From the IMG/VR virus record IMGVR_UViG_3300037422_000132, positions 1 to 63,153 of that record: DNA of 63,153 bases, one strand, 5' to 3'. This document shows positions 28,701 to 37,118 of this stretch, piece by piece; position 1 is the stretch's first letter; every line of letters starts with the position of its first letter. Origin of the DNA: a virus (taxonomy: Duplodnaviria; Caudoviricetes). The notes under the pieces were generated by a model that saw only the letters and a program-made list of their open reading frames with translations, did not search any database and was not told the DNA's origin. A program made the position numbers and the translations under genes.

Positions 28701-31700
28701 CCCCCGGCTGTCGGTCGGGATGAAATAACGGTATTTGAATTGGACCATTTCTTGAAAGACGCCGTACCCCTGAATGGATCGAAAATCGTAGAAGTCCGGT
28801 CCCACGATTTCAATCCTATCATCGCCGGACAAGTTGACCCGCTTGATTTCCCAACCGTTTACAAGAACCGCCGTGGCGTTGTTCTCAAGGATTTCCCGGT
28901 GTACCTCGGCCGGATCATAGTTGCGTAGCTCAACGGTCACGCCCAAATTTTCCAGGGTTACGGCCAGCAATTTTTCAGGGATAACCCGTCCAAGGATTCG
29001 TTCGCCGTCGTCGGTTTGCATCCGGTAAATGCGCGTGTCTCCCTGGAGACGGTCCCATATCGGCAAAAGGGGCGCGGTCAAAACGTGATGGGTTTCCGTC
29101 CTGGAAGTCGGAAGCGCTTTGAATTCTTCGTTCCAAAGCCGCTCGGCCTGCTCCCGGTCAACTTCCTCCCATTTTTCGCGGTCGGAAAGTACGCCAAGAT
29201 CAACTTGCTGGATAGAGGATTCGGACGGACCCCGGAGGGTCTTGTAAACCACGGTCTGCCCGGCGGAACTTCTTGACCGAACATCGGATGCAACCCAAAT
29301 TCGGCCGGATTTTATGTTACGGTGATACTGAACATCATGGGTCCGATAGTTGAAAAGCCCCTGGCTGGCCTGGAACGTGATATTCTTGGTCGGCTTTTCG
29401 ACTTCAATTTGGATGTACTTGGTTTCGGCCGCCGTAAGTGGATCCACATTGACAGACTGTTCGGATATTTTCCGAACACTCGTTCCACTGATGGTTTCAA
29501 TCCCAACGTCCAGGGTGCCGGCTTCCGCGTGTCGAGTGACAACGGCATCGATTCGCTGAAAGAATTCGTCAAAAATCATGCTCTGCCGCTCAAGAGTCAT
29601 GGCCAGCGCTCGGTTCAAAAACCGTGGGGCACCCGGGAACCCATTGGGTGGAACCTTCTGGCCATTCTCGTCCACAAGCAAAATGCCCGTCTCGGCATGG
29701 AATTGCTGGGGCGTAATCAAAACGTTGCCATCCGGGTCAATAAGCGCCTCGTCCTGAATATCCATTAAAAGCCTGGCAAGCCCTTCCCGTGCGTATTCGT
29801 TTTCGAGGTTATCACGAGCCTGAAAAATCCCCTGAGAGCCGGTCTGCCGCTGGCCCTTGGTCAGCGCTCCAAGCTGATCCAAGCGCCGGGCGATCGTTGA
29901 GATGAAGCGCATTTGGCCCTTGATGTCAGTAGTGACGAGCCAGAACTTTGGTGCCACGGCCTGATTAGAACGGTGCGAACGACCAAGCCCTTGAACAGCC
30001 CGGACAGCGTTCCAACCGGATTGTAACAGGTAGTGAATACGTTTCTGCTGGTTTTTGGAATCAAGATCGGCGTGATAGCTGGCGCCCGTGCCGCCGGCTT
30101 CCGAAAAAATCAAAACCCGTTTTTTGAAGTCCATGAAGGTGGTCGCGTCCTTAACGCTTTTGTCCTTGCTCCACGCCTCTTTCACCAATTTACCTTCATC
30201 GTTGTAAACGAAACGAAACGGACGCGAAGTTACCTCGGCCACATTGTCTTGCCCGAAATGGTGAATAATCATGTCCAGTGGGCTCGTGGGAATTCCCTGG
30301 ATGGTGTTCACGTCGGCAATCAAGGCATCCCGCATTTCAAGGGCCTCCTGGTTGATTACCGGGTTGCCCTCTGAGTCGTAAACCGGACGCATCCTTGTTT
30401 TGCCGTTATCGTCCGTATAGGGCTCATACTGTTGAATGGGAAAGTAGGCCGTTAGGAAGTTGGTCAAAACCTCTTTGGGGCTCAAGTCGAGGTCTTCAAG
30501 TTCCTGGTCTTCCTCCTTGCTATCGTATGCCCGTTTGGCCTGAGCGTTGCCTGTTTTGGTAAGTTGAAAAATAACCGAATGGCCCGCTTCAAGGTCGCGC
30601 TCGGCGCTTTGAATCACGGAGGGCATTTGCATGGCGGTCACGACCGAATCGAAAAAGCGCTGCTGCGATCCCCAAAACATCGACCACATTTGACCCTTTT
30701 TGCCTCCGGTGTGCGCCATCGCATCGTGAATCCCACGGAAAATGTTCTGCCATGCCTCGGCCATTTTGTCGTAAGAGGCCCGTTGCCGGTCGTCCAGAAC
30801 GTGCGTCATGCGATCATATTCAACGTCGTCATACGACAAGGCGCGCGCGATATAGAGCCCACGGGCTTTAAGGTCGCGGGCGATCATCTCCATGCCGGCG
30901 ATCCCGGAACGTAGCAGGGAACCGACAAAACGCATCGCGTTTGTAAAAGCGGTCCCTTCGCCCCACAACCCCAGCCGATCGGCGTACACCAAATTTTCGA
31001 CTTCTACCGCCCCGGTAGCCGACACATAGACGATCCGCGCATTAGGCAGTAGGGTCGATAACAGCATCCCGGCTTGAGCCTGTTTGGCTGGCGGCCTGCT
31101 GCCTCTCGCCCCTGCGGCCGGAGCCAAATTGCGCATGTTGTGCGCTTCGTCGAAAGCGATTACCCCGTCAAAATCACGTCCCAGCCAATCGACAATTTGG
31201 TTTAGTCGGACGGTCATATCATTCAGGCTGGCGGGCTGATCGGGGCGAATGTTTTCAAATTCTTTGCGAAGGGACGCATAGCTGATGAATAGAATCCCTT
31301 CTTCCCTGGTGATCTTCGGCAATGGGGGGACTTCTACCTGTTGCCCGCGTTGCCTCCTGGGCCGTGGCGGTTCCCCCTTCTTACGCTTGGGCTGCTCCGC
31401 GTTCGGGGCTTTAAAGAGGATTTTGCGCCCGTGTTCCCAACCGATCCCGGTAATGCGCCGCTTGCCGGTATTCGGATCTTCTTGTTCCCCGTACAGATCG
31501 CGGGCCGCATCTTTTCTAAGGTCCGGCTTTTCCGAAACCCAAACCGCCTTTTTCCGGCCGCGCAAGTAGTTCTCCCAAATGATCGCCCCTATTTCGCGCC
31601 CCTTGCCCACGCCGGTCCCGTCGCCGATGAAGAAGCCACGGCGCCGGCCATCGGGCAAAACCACTTCAAACGACTGATTGGAATAGACGATCGCCTCGAT

Positions 31701-34700
31701 TTGCGCTTCGCTGATGTTGCCGTTTTCGATTACCGACATTGGAATGAGAAGCTTGTAAGTGGGGGTCGGCAATTCGGTATCCGCCATCGCCACGGACTGA
31801 ACAAGCTTCGAGGGGTGAGGCTGGGCGCCGGGAATTATAACCCTGGGCTTGTAGTCGTCAAATAGGGAATCCTTGATTTCCTGGGGCGACTCGGCCTTGT
31901 TCTTCCCCTGGTCGGTGTAGTCAAGCTCATTCGGGGGAAGTTGCTCGTCTTCTTTCTTTTTGGCTTCAAGGGCCGCCCGGATGTCCTCTTGGATGAACTT
32001 GTTGATATAGACTTTGCCCTTCGCCGGAAGCTTCGTGTAGGCATGCCGGATAAAAGCCTTGGCCGCTTCTTTCAAATCGGCGATCGCCTCTTTAAAACCA
32101 TCCCACATTTTTGACAAGGCCATGTGGACGGCCGGCCATTTCTGTGGATCGATTTCCAGTTCGTCGTCTTTTTTGATCGAAGCAAACAGGTCGTTGAAAT
32201 CCTTGGTCGCTTCGTCAATTTTTTTCTGCGCGTCGGCCGCCTTCTTTTCGGTCATGTCCTTTTCTTCTGGAGTCAAAAGCGGCGGCGGGGTAATGAGAAC
32301 GTCACGGGGCTTTTTGGGCGCCCTGGGCTTTTTCTCTTTCGGCGGCTTCGTCGGTGCGGTCGGTGCGGTCGGCGCGGTCGGCGCACCCCGCTCCAGCAAC
32401 TTGAATTGACCCCTTACGTCTTTATGGTAGGTAGTGCTTTCCGAAGTTTTGACAACAACGTATTTCGCCCCTACTGCGGTTACGACTCCCTCATTTTCAG
32501 GCGTAGGACCGGCTCCGGGATAGTCCTCAAATTGCACACGGTCGCCAACTCGCAAGCCGGTTCCGGTTATAAGGGTTTCCGAAGTTGTGGATGGTGTGGC
32601 GGCGGGCTCCGGCGCGGGGGCCAGTTTTTCTTCGGCGGCTTTTTTCTCGGCCTCTTGCTCTGAGAAGTCCAAGAGGTCGTTGATGTCGCCGTCTACGCTT
32701 CCTCGTCCTCCGGCTCGATCCCCTTCATCCGGTCGCGGAGTTCCTCCGCTAACGCCTGGGCCGTCGATGTCGGGCTGGCTGTCGGCAGGTTGTGGAATTC
32801 CAGGCGTAACAGTTCCGCCACGCCCTCCGGGTCTTGATCCGGTAGGCCCGGCAGGTAATCCGCTAGCTCCGGCTCCAGTTCCAGCCGCCCCTTCTCCTGA
32901 GCCCAAAGTATCAGTTGGACCGGGTAAAGCTGCTGGTGGTCGATCGGCGCTTTCAGGCGTTCCAGGTGACGGAGGGATTGCTGGCTGATCGGAAGTTGGT
33001 TGAGTTCCTTGATCGCCGGTAGATAACGAGGGTCGGTCATTTCGCACCCCCTCAAGTAGAGGGATCAATTCTTCAATTTTCTCTGCATGACCTGTGAGGG
33101 GATTATACTTTGTCCGGCCGTTTTTGTCAATGACGATGATTTGATTGTCGAACGTGGTCCCATACTTGGCATACTCCTGGCCCGATATGGAAATGTTCGC
33201 CCGGACATTGTACCGTGCTTTGATCGTTTTCCACCACGCCTTGAACGCTGGCGCGTTGTCGGCCATGCCACGCCCAACAATTGCAACCAGCCGGCCGTTT
33301 GGCTGAAGACGGGCAAGGGCCTGCTCAATATGCCGGGCGCCGTACTTCGTTCTATTGGTAGCGGTGCGCCCCCCGGTCGAGGAAAAGGGTGGATTCATCC
33401 CGATGATGGTAGGCCGGATGTTGTGGGGCAAAACGTTGTTGATCTGTTCCCCGTCCTCGGTGAAAATGCGATCGATTTTCAAGCTTTGGAGAATGGCCGC
33501 CCGGCGCTTACTCAACTCGTTTGCATAAACCTCCTTCACGTCGGCGTTGATCGCAAAAACGAGAATCCCGCCGATACCCGCTGAAGGTTCGAGGAAAACG
33601 TCCTCCGGGTCCATCTTTAAAGTCCAGCCCACGACGTAGGCAAGCGGCGGCGGGGTTGAAAATTGCTGGAATTCCTGTTGCTCCTGAGTGCGCTTGGTCT
33701 GTGTCGGAAGCCGCTCGATCACAGTTTTCAAGTCATTGATGGTGCGCCTGGCCGCTTCCGGGCTGGCGTCCATGTCGATGGTAAGGCTGCGCTGAATGGC
33801 GAAATTCACGCCAAGTTCCATTGCGTCATAAGCATCCTTGGGGGTGTATTTCCCCTCGGCCTGGGTGCCGCCGAAATACTTGTCGGCCGCTCCAAAAAGT
33901 TCACGCCAATCAAACGCCTCTTTCTTTTCGATCTTGGACAAAACCCAATAACCAAGCTGCTGGGTAGCGCTCCGCGCCCTGGGGCTCCCGCCGGTTTCTT
34001 CCTCGGTGAGCTCTAGAATCGAATCGCCGTTTTGGTTGGTAGTACGTCGAAGTTGGCCCTTTTCAATAAGGCTTTGGATTACCTGGGCCTGCTGGGGCTT
34101 GGTGGCGCCGTCGATGATAAGGTTGTCCTCGGCGATCCGGTATCCGGCGTTTCTGATTTTCCGCAAAGCCTGATCCTCGAACTCCTTGTATTTTGCGGTG
34201 ATGTCGCCGGGCTCCAGGGGCTTTGAAAGAAAGTAAACAGTAGTCGGAGGGTTGTTCGGGTGTTCCAGGCTTTTTGTCGTTAAAGCCACGATTTGATTTG
34301 TGTCGATAAGGCGTTGGAGTGAACTTTCAACCTCGGCGGGGACTTCTCCGGCAAGAATTCGTTCCCTCATAACCAAGTCGGCTACGTTGCCACCTTCTTT
34401 CCGTAGCCCTTCCAAAATTTTATTTTCAAGCCGCTCGTTGCGCTCGGCCGGCTTTTCGGGCTTTGCCGTTGCTGGCGCCGTCGGTTCCTCAACCCGCTCG
34501 AAATCATCCGGCCTGAAAGTCATGGCGCCGGTATTCTCGGTTTTGATCCACTCCTTGCCCTCGGTGTCCCGCCGGATGAAAGTGACTCGACCGCCAATGC
34601 CCGGAGAAAGCCCGCTGCCCTCCTTCGGGCGCACGATGTCGCCGACTTTGAACGGGCTGATTTGCCCTTCCTCGGCCCGCTTAAACTCGCTGGAATCCCG

Positions 34701-35762
34701 ATAAATGTTTCCGCCGCCCACGACCGCAACCCTGCCATTCTCAGGCTCGATGTCCGAAATGGTCATGACTTCCCGGTTGAATCCATATGTAAATTGGACC
34801 TTGGCTCCTACCGGGCCAAGCCGCTCAATGGTAAGCTTTTGGTTTTCCGTCAACGGCATCGGTTCGGGCTTGATTTCGGTCTTTTCATGGCCCTTGAGCA
34901 TTGAATCCCAACGGGTTCCAAAGCCCTGGGCAATGAGGTTTTTGGCAAACATGAGCGCATAACGCCTATCGCGCCCCCGATGTTCCCCTCCGGACAATGG
35001 ATTCGGAACAGCCGTTTCGAGCAAGGATAAATGCCCTTGGACCCCAACGGCATAGACCATTTCGGAATCCATCCAAGTATCGCCGGAGCCCTCCTTGTCG
35101 TGGATGTAGTGGGTGAAGTAAATGGCATCATGCCCGGATGGGTGCGCATGTCGCTCGATAACCAAGTCAAGGTATGGGTCATGCTTTACAACGAGGTAGT
35201 AATCGGATCCTTCCAGGATTTCGAATGGAATTCCAAGTTGATAAAGCAACCGCGCAACCGTCTTTTCAGCATTACCGCCCACTTGCGCTTTCGGCGGCAG
35301 AATGAACGGCCGCGCGGCCGATGGACTTTCAACCGGGCGCCAAACCGCCCACTTGTCCGGGCCGTCGAGGATTACCTCGCCGCCGACATTATCGGCCAGT
35401 TTTTGAGCATAGGCTTTGTTGCCCACACCCCTGGCAATTATTTGGTTGTATCCCGTGGTTTCATTCCCAACCACGGTGCCGGGACGCGCCGACGACCAAT
35501 CGACCAAGGGCGTCGGCGCCGGCTTGGCCTCATACTTCTTGCGCTCGATGTCGTCGAACTCGAAGCCAAAGATGCTCTTGATTTGGTTTTCGATGTCCCT
35601 GCGCTCTGATTCAAGCTGGTCTATGTAGTCTTTAACCGCCCCGGTTGCCGCCTCGTGGGCTTCGTAGCCCTCGTTCTTGCGGTCGTCCACCTTTCCGTTG
35701 ATGATCGCCGCCTCGTGTTCACCAAGGCCGATTTTGTCTAAGCAAAATTTTAAGCCGCCCAT
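22794..35762 (-). CDS. Giant polyvalent (DarB-like) ejection protein, 4322 aa: DUF6908-like domain, N6-adenine methyltransferase, strawberry-notch SF2 helicase, further polyvalent-protein domains
   Basis: QQFSTP/LEPSAG/NPPF; GDGTGVGKG/FDEAH/VSATG/SEAGGTG/QGLGRSHRSNQ; FIEEVQSDWHQ; C-terminal GDYGN..PFYSW. Confidence 0.9.
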   Translation of the reverse strand: MGGLKFCLDKIGLGEHEAAIINGKVDDRKNEGYEAHEAATGAVKDYIDQLESERRDIENQIKSIFGFEFDDIERKKYEAKPAPTPLVDWSSARPGTVVGNETTGYNQIIARGVGNKAYAQKLADNVGGEVILDGPDKWAVWRPVESPSAARPFILPPKAQVGGNAEKTVARLLYQLGIPFEILEGSDYYLVVKHDPYLDLVIERHAHPSGHDAIYFTHYIHDKEGSGDTWMDSEMVYAVGVQGHLSLLETAVPNPLSGGEHRGRDRRYALMFAKNLIAQGFGTRWDSMLKGHEKTEIKPEPMPLTENQKLTIERLGPVGAKVQFTYGFNREVMTISDIEPENGRVAVVGGGNIYRDSSEFKRAEEGQISPFKVGDIVRPKEGSGLSPGIGGRVTFIRRDTEGKEWIKTENTGAMTFRPDDFERVEEPTAPATAKPEKPAERNERLENKILEGLRKEGGNVADLVMRERILAGEVPAEVESSLQRLIDTNQIVALTTKSLEHPNNPPTTVYFLSKPLEPGDITAKYKEFEDQALRKIRNAGYRIAEDNLIIDGATKPQQAQVIQSLIEKGQLRRTTNQNGDSILELTEEETGGSPRARSATQQLGYWVLSKIEKKEAFDWRELFGAADKYFGGTQAEGKYTPKDAYDAMELGVNFAIQRSLTIDMDASPEAARRTINDLKTVIERLPTQTKRTQEQQEFQQFSTPPPLAYVVGWTLKMDPEDVFLEPSAGIGGILVFAINADVKEVYANELSKRRAAILQSLKIDRIFTEDGEQINNVLPHNIRPTIIGMNPPFSSTGGRTATNRTKYGARHIEQALARLQPNGRLVAIVGRGMADNAPAFKAWWKTIKARYNVRANISISGQEYAKYGTTFDNQIIVIDKNGRTKYNPLTGHAEKIEELIPLLEGVRNDRPSLSTGDQGTQPTSDQPAIPPSPGTPESADRPPAALPGPTDTLGSGEGAAGTGAGASGLPAGPTGSRPGGRGGTVTPGIPQPADSQPDIDGPGVSGGTPRPDEGDRAGGRGSVDGDINDLLDFSEQEAEKKAAEEKLAPAPEPAATPSTTSETLITGTGLRVGDRVQFEDYPGAGPTPENEGVVTAVGAKYVVVKTSESTTYHKDVRGQFKLLERGAPTAPTAPTAPTKPPKEKKPRAPKKPRDVLITPPPLLTPEEKDMTEKKAADAQKKIDEATKDFNDLFASIKKDDELEIDPQKWPAVHMALSKMWDGFKEAIADLKEAAKAFIRHAYTKLPAKGKVYINKFIQEDIRAALEAKKKEDEQLPPNELDYTDQGKNKAESPQEIKDSLFDDYKPRVIIPGAQPHPSKLVQSVAMADTELPTPTYKLLIPMSVIENGNISEAQIEAIVYSNQSFEVVLPDGRRRGFFIGDGTGVGKGREIGAIIWENYLRGRKKAVWVSEKPDLRKDAARDLYGEQEDPNTGKRRITGIGWEHGRKILFKAPNAEQPKRKKGEPPRPRRQRGQQVEVPPLPKITREEGILFISYASLRKEFENIRPDQPASLNDMTVRLNQIVDWLGRDFDGVIAFDEAHNMRNLAPAAGARGSRPPAKQAQAGMLLSTLLPNARIVYVSATGAVEVENLVYADRLGLWGEGTAFTNAMRFVGSLLRSGIAGMEMIARDLKARGLYIARALSYDDVEYDRMTHVLDDRQRASYDKMAEAWQNIFRGIHDAMAHTGGKKGQMWSMFWGSQQRFFDSVVTAMQMPSVIQSAERDLEAGHSVIFQLTKTGNAQAKRAYDSKEEDQELEDLDLSPKEVLTNFLTAYFPIQQYEPYTDDNGKTRMRPVYDSEGNPVINQEALEMRDALIADVNTIQGIPTSPLDMIIHHFGQDNVAEVTSRPFRFVYNDEGKLVKEAWSKDKSVKDATTFMDFKKRVLIFSEAGGTGASYHADLDSKNQQKRIHYLLQSGWNAVRAVQGLGRSHRSNQAVAPKFWLVTTDIKGQMRFISTIARRLDQLGALTKGQRQTGSQGIFQARDNLENEYAREGLARLLMDIQDEALIDPDGNVLITPQQFHAETGILLVDENGQKVPPNGFPGAPRFLNRALAMTLERQSMIFDEFFQRIDAVVTRHAEAGTLDVGIETISGTSVRKISEQSVNVDPLTAAETKYIQIEVEKPTKNITFQASQGLFNYRTHDVQYHRNIKSGRIWVASDVRSRSSAGQTVVYKTLRGPSESSIQQVDLGVLSDREKWEEVDREQAERLWNEEFKALPTSRTETHHVLTAPLLPIWDRLQGDTRIYRMQTDDGERILGRVIPEKLLAVTLENLGVTVELRNYDPAEVHREILENNATAVLVNGWEIKRVNLSGDDRIEIVGPDFYDFRSIQGYGVFQEMVQFKYRYFIPTDSRGVQTIERLIRYKQVRTLQRPYAGPVLASIKKSEDMATAELEAELASAPQFATTQEARQYGQESDKAGAEEMLRFYAVSKILAKRYVEAGNFDRAMIEASRAQYFREAYDGYMGADHDIVAATDAWLANKKPEVYPSVVKPSDSPFYSQMHDFLSEKLPGSGRPADFIKMITKWAKEGKYKAEEMEWSHVTDALAMEPGDKITKRQLLDWLSLNNIHVHETIYGEADSKLKSHMKALKKNGWQIEYDDEIDTEPLSIKIPSDRRDEDGRRYSIGFYLREIDTDEEIQGNIEYLVEQGVIWPEERNMIVEAASLLDEPKAIYAGYQFGGARNYRELVLSIPVNPSPQVGSVDTSDWKVFTVRTYEHTGQRDISIRDSEGVIIATRFGFSGTDEEAIAHMAREESARIQRESKRVSPATNFISSHYSIPNIVVHMRFNEREQSTYTIEQIEDIENRIAKVVGVENPDDIGSGGPAAAVRAGAITQLEAAQYSRHREFHNDTTGATEKVLFIEEVQSDWHQKGRKLGYANPVHQRIIAKSEAGEKLTDEEMRIYREEMNSELVSVTGQVPDAPFKITWSMLAMKRMVRWAAENGFDRIAWPTGEQQIERYNDALRQNVDRIEWLHMGDPGIAQLPDDVLPAGYRLVKLIGRDLWRIKDPDNAAITIWDDSPQRVIADAKRIIAERSLQGSSHIRVHAYKEGRMTFDGNVSDGRFVSGPGKGKSLEEVLGKKIAAQIIEDREGELKGKDLSIGGQLHKFIYNVNLPQEMNKLFGKPAWGNARVEPYGIDLGRSGPAHFGPYTGPIPSLHDLRMQSQNWGTSVQLQNQMKAIADEMEMSGMPFEDAIRRHGSMAVAELWGGEMNWVYPPMEVWSMRVTPEMRSKAIEKGFPLFSVKRMSPVAKTYLEALRAAMPSQFVTSQQDTQADPFAGLRDEIKERMVASKGVPFAGFLKSVQIHGRDVWHSMTRHRPFLDAEEQATVADVLRTHQDGPDNAIRRAMQVLQNIVGGMKPKQYEVFSLRIIMDDMIRDIDSGLLANKDELPFGFTEAEARQYRDYLQLVSDSDPIISSAYDRRQAFQEKMKRALVDADLLPEAVLQDDRYFHHQVLVYRAKAAMGEAYEGLSVGSDDVRLKRKGWQIGRVGSVADYNTEYAESEFEVLAQGFSQLETRETLDRIRALVDIAANLKAQAKRQNLKMFYDLEADRINRLNPGNPPLTGDDIIDTDMDPLKPYKQTIAIATSKLRKMAKDNKFVGVGQEWDDVITDLAAGGRAAGGPMMEQSRFFAFLNHLMKAQLPGAVYAGTIRKAIANRDKHIKGALGSRFVTVKKLIPEGYIEWKPAPGKSWYKAYSLSDRLVAAVQAGEVVIGQDNADKITRVLARGRDAVWIIPTGVAQTLDGFDKAHDDQKLSRASKAAMSAWKKWILVNPYRVFRYNLNNLSGDMDIAFAYDPKIVTHYFFNAVKDLTTEYRDKKELPQALQQELDLAYELSVLDSGWAFQEVSELTRNLSLMEKMEALRGDRPNVIKRGWRNLKEFTRFRENWLRLAAFRYFRVQVAAGNTVYGASNRAEVDGITDPDRKAAKLARELIGDYGNISHAGKFIRDHLLPFYSWMEINLPRYVRLMRNFRHEGRSGQARLAALFGKNVAWKATKLGVKVSGFFVAVNLWNATFFGDEEDELSEDQRRQLHLILGRRADGTIRTLRIQGAFSDALSWFGMEDVIQDAKAYYKGRKSFGDIAKDSVLATPIKIINAFRPDVKTGAEVLSEQAFYPDPFNPRPIRDKMEHVARMFSADSLHRWLTGKPKRGDNVGERIANDLMAIGFYYSDPGESAYYETISKVIKYRESKGKEYPGVTPTDKSNALYYYKQGLKFGDLGAAEKYLRQYYALGGSDEGLDKSIQRAHPLGNLAQKDWGAYLKTLSPEEMNTYRRALTWYQDTYLKAPKAQLRAAAKRSEGEPQEKPAGKGRLTLKEAAKLMR
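32693..33040 (-). CDS. Nested out-of-frame ORF (115 aa) inside the giant gene
   Basis: GAGGGGGTG RBS then ATG; helical amphipathic product; coincides with a Gly/Pro-rich linker in the main frame. Confidence 0.6.
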   Translation of the reverse strand: MTDPRYLPAIKELNQLPISQQSLRHLERLKAPIDHQQLYPVQLILWAQEKGRLELEPELADYLPGLPDQDPEGVAELLRLEFHNLPTASPTSTAQALAEELRDRMKGIEPEDEEA

Positions 35763-35953
35763 TAGGCTTCCTCCAAGGCAATCATGATGATGGGAATGAG
35801 TTCCATAAGTTCTTGGTCGTCAATTTCCAGGTAGTCATAAGGGGCTTGCCCAAAGCCCTGGGCATCGCGCTTCGGCTCCGGGCCAATGGCGATAACCGGC
35901 GGAAAATAGACGGGGGCAAAGTAGTTGCCAGCAAAATAACTTCTCGGAAACAT
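35762..35953 (-). CDS. Small cassette protein with YF repeats and a DDxEL hydrophobic tail
   Basis: SYFAGNYFAPVYFPP..DDQELMELIPIIM; TAATG overlaps on both sides. Confidence 0.7.
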   Translation of the reverse strand: MFPRSYFAGNYFAPVYFPPVIAIGPEPKRDAQGFGQAPYDYLEIDDQELMELIPIIMIALEEA

Positions 35954-37107
35954 TACAGGTCGAGTGTTACCGTTAGCCGGTTGCCGCTGGAGTCAACGGC
36001 CGCCGTGATGATGTCTTTAGTGTCCTCCAAATCCCTGATTTTCACAAGCGACGTGCCGGCCCCGGACAGCTTGCCGGCAAGGGCCGCCGTGATGACCTGC
36101 ATTAACTGTGATGCCGTGATGGTGCCGCCAATCAGGACATTCGACCAAACCGTATTGGCCACTTCCGCCTTTTCTGTGTCGTTCATGGCTGCGAGCACAT
36201 TGGCGAACTCGAAATTGAGTTGATCCGTTTTCGCCCGGATCGCCGCCACGTCGGCGGAAATTTGGTCGTCGGTGCTGATTTTTTCAAAGCTGACCCAATC
36301 AAGATGCAAGACGTGGGTGGCAATATAAGTGCCGACGCTATGAAGAAAACGAAGCTGCATTTCTCCTGTCGATGGGTCATGGTACTCGGAGCCAAGCGGA
36401 ATAACGTAGTCAAACGGGGTGAGCCGCGTGAGCATGGTTCCGCGAGTCGCCCACGAATCGGTTACATAGTTGTATGCCTGAATGGAAATCGTGTGACCGG
36501 ACCCACCGATATAGACGCCTGTAATCCGGCAAAGAGAGGGCGCTTCATCCGTGTCGCTGGAATCGACCGTTACCACGACCTCAATGCCCGGAGATATGGA
36601 AAGTTCCCCGGTTGACATGCGAACATCGTCGAGGGCCGCGAGGTCGCTAACGTCGCCCCCATCATTGTCTCCCGAAACCCTGGTCGCGCTGGTCGGAGCG
36701 TAGGAAGTCGGTCCAACGGGCGCCGCCCCGCCGCCATCCGTGGAGAAGGAAATGGCCTGAACGGGCTGCTGGTAGTTGATCCGCACAATGTAGCTTCCCG
36801 TCGTGTTGACAAACGGATCGCCGGCGCCGTCCACCAACAAGATACCGTCAGTGATATTAAGGGTATGGTGCGCTTCCTGCGGCTTTATGCGCCATCCGTT
36901 GAGCATGAACGCATAAATCGGGATTTTGGTGCCAGCGCCAGGGTCGATGTCGTCGCCCCCAAGGTTTGAGAAGGCCGGCAGGTATTTCGAGTTGTCGGAC
37001 AACGCAACCCAATCCGCCCACCGGCTCCATACGTCCCGGACGCTCATATCGGTTGTTCCCAAACTGAGGTTGATCCTCTTGTTTGGGCCATCAAAGGTGT
37101 AGGCCAC
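35953..37107 (-). CDS. Virion structural protein (fibre or spike cassette)
   Basis: Beta-rich; N-domain resembles that of the upstream 540-aa protein; C-terminal ALAGKLSGAG..DSSGNR. Confidence 0.65.
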   Translation of the reverse strand: MAYTFDGPNKRINLSLGTTDMSVRDVWSRWADWVALSDNSKYLPAFSNLGGDDIDPGAGTKIPIYAFMLNGWRIKPQEAHHTLNITDGILLVDGAGDPFVNTTGSYIVRINYQQPVQAISFSTDGGGAAPVGPTSYAPTSATRVSGDNDGGDVSDLAALDDVRMSTGELSISPGIEVVVTVDSSDTDEAPSLCRITGVYIGGSGHTISIQAYNYVTDSWATRGTMLTRLTPFDYVIPLGSEYHDPSTGEMQLRFLHSVGTYIATHVLHLDWVSFEKISTDDQISADVAAIRAKTDQLNFEFANVLAAMNDTEKAEVANTVWSNVLIGGTITASQLMQVITAALAGKLSGAGTSLVKIRDLEDTKDIITAAVDSSGNRLTVTLDL

Positions 37108-37118
37108 GAGCCCCCCCC

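Noticed and set aside
32351-32385. Tandem 9-bp repeat (GGTGCGGTC)
   Set aside because: Simply encodes a PTA-PTA-PTA linker; not CRISPR-like
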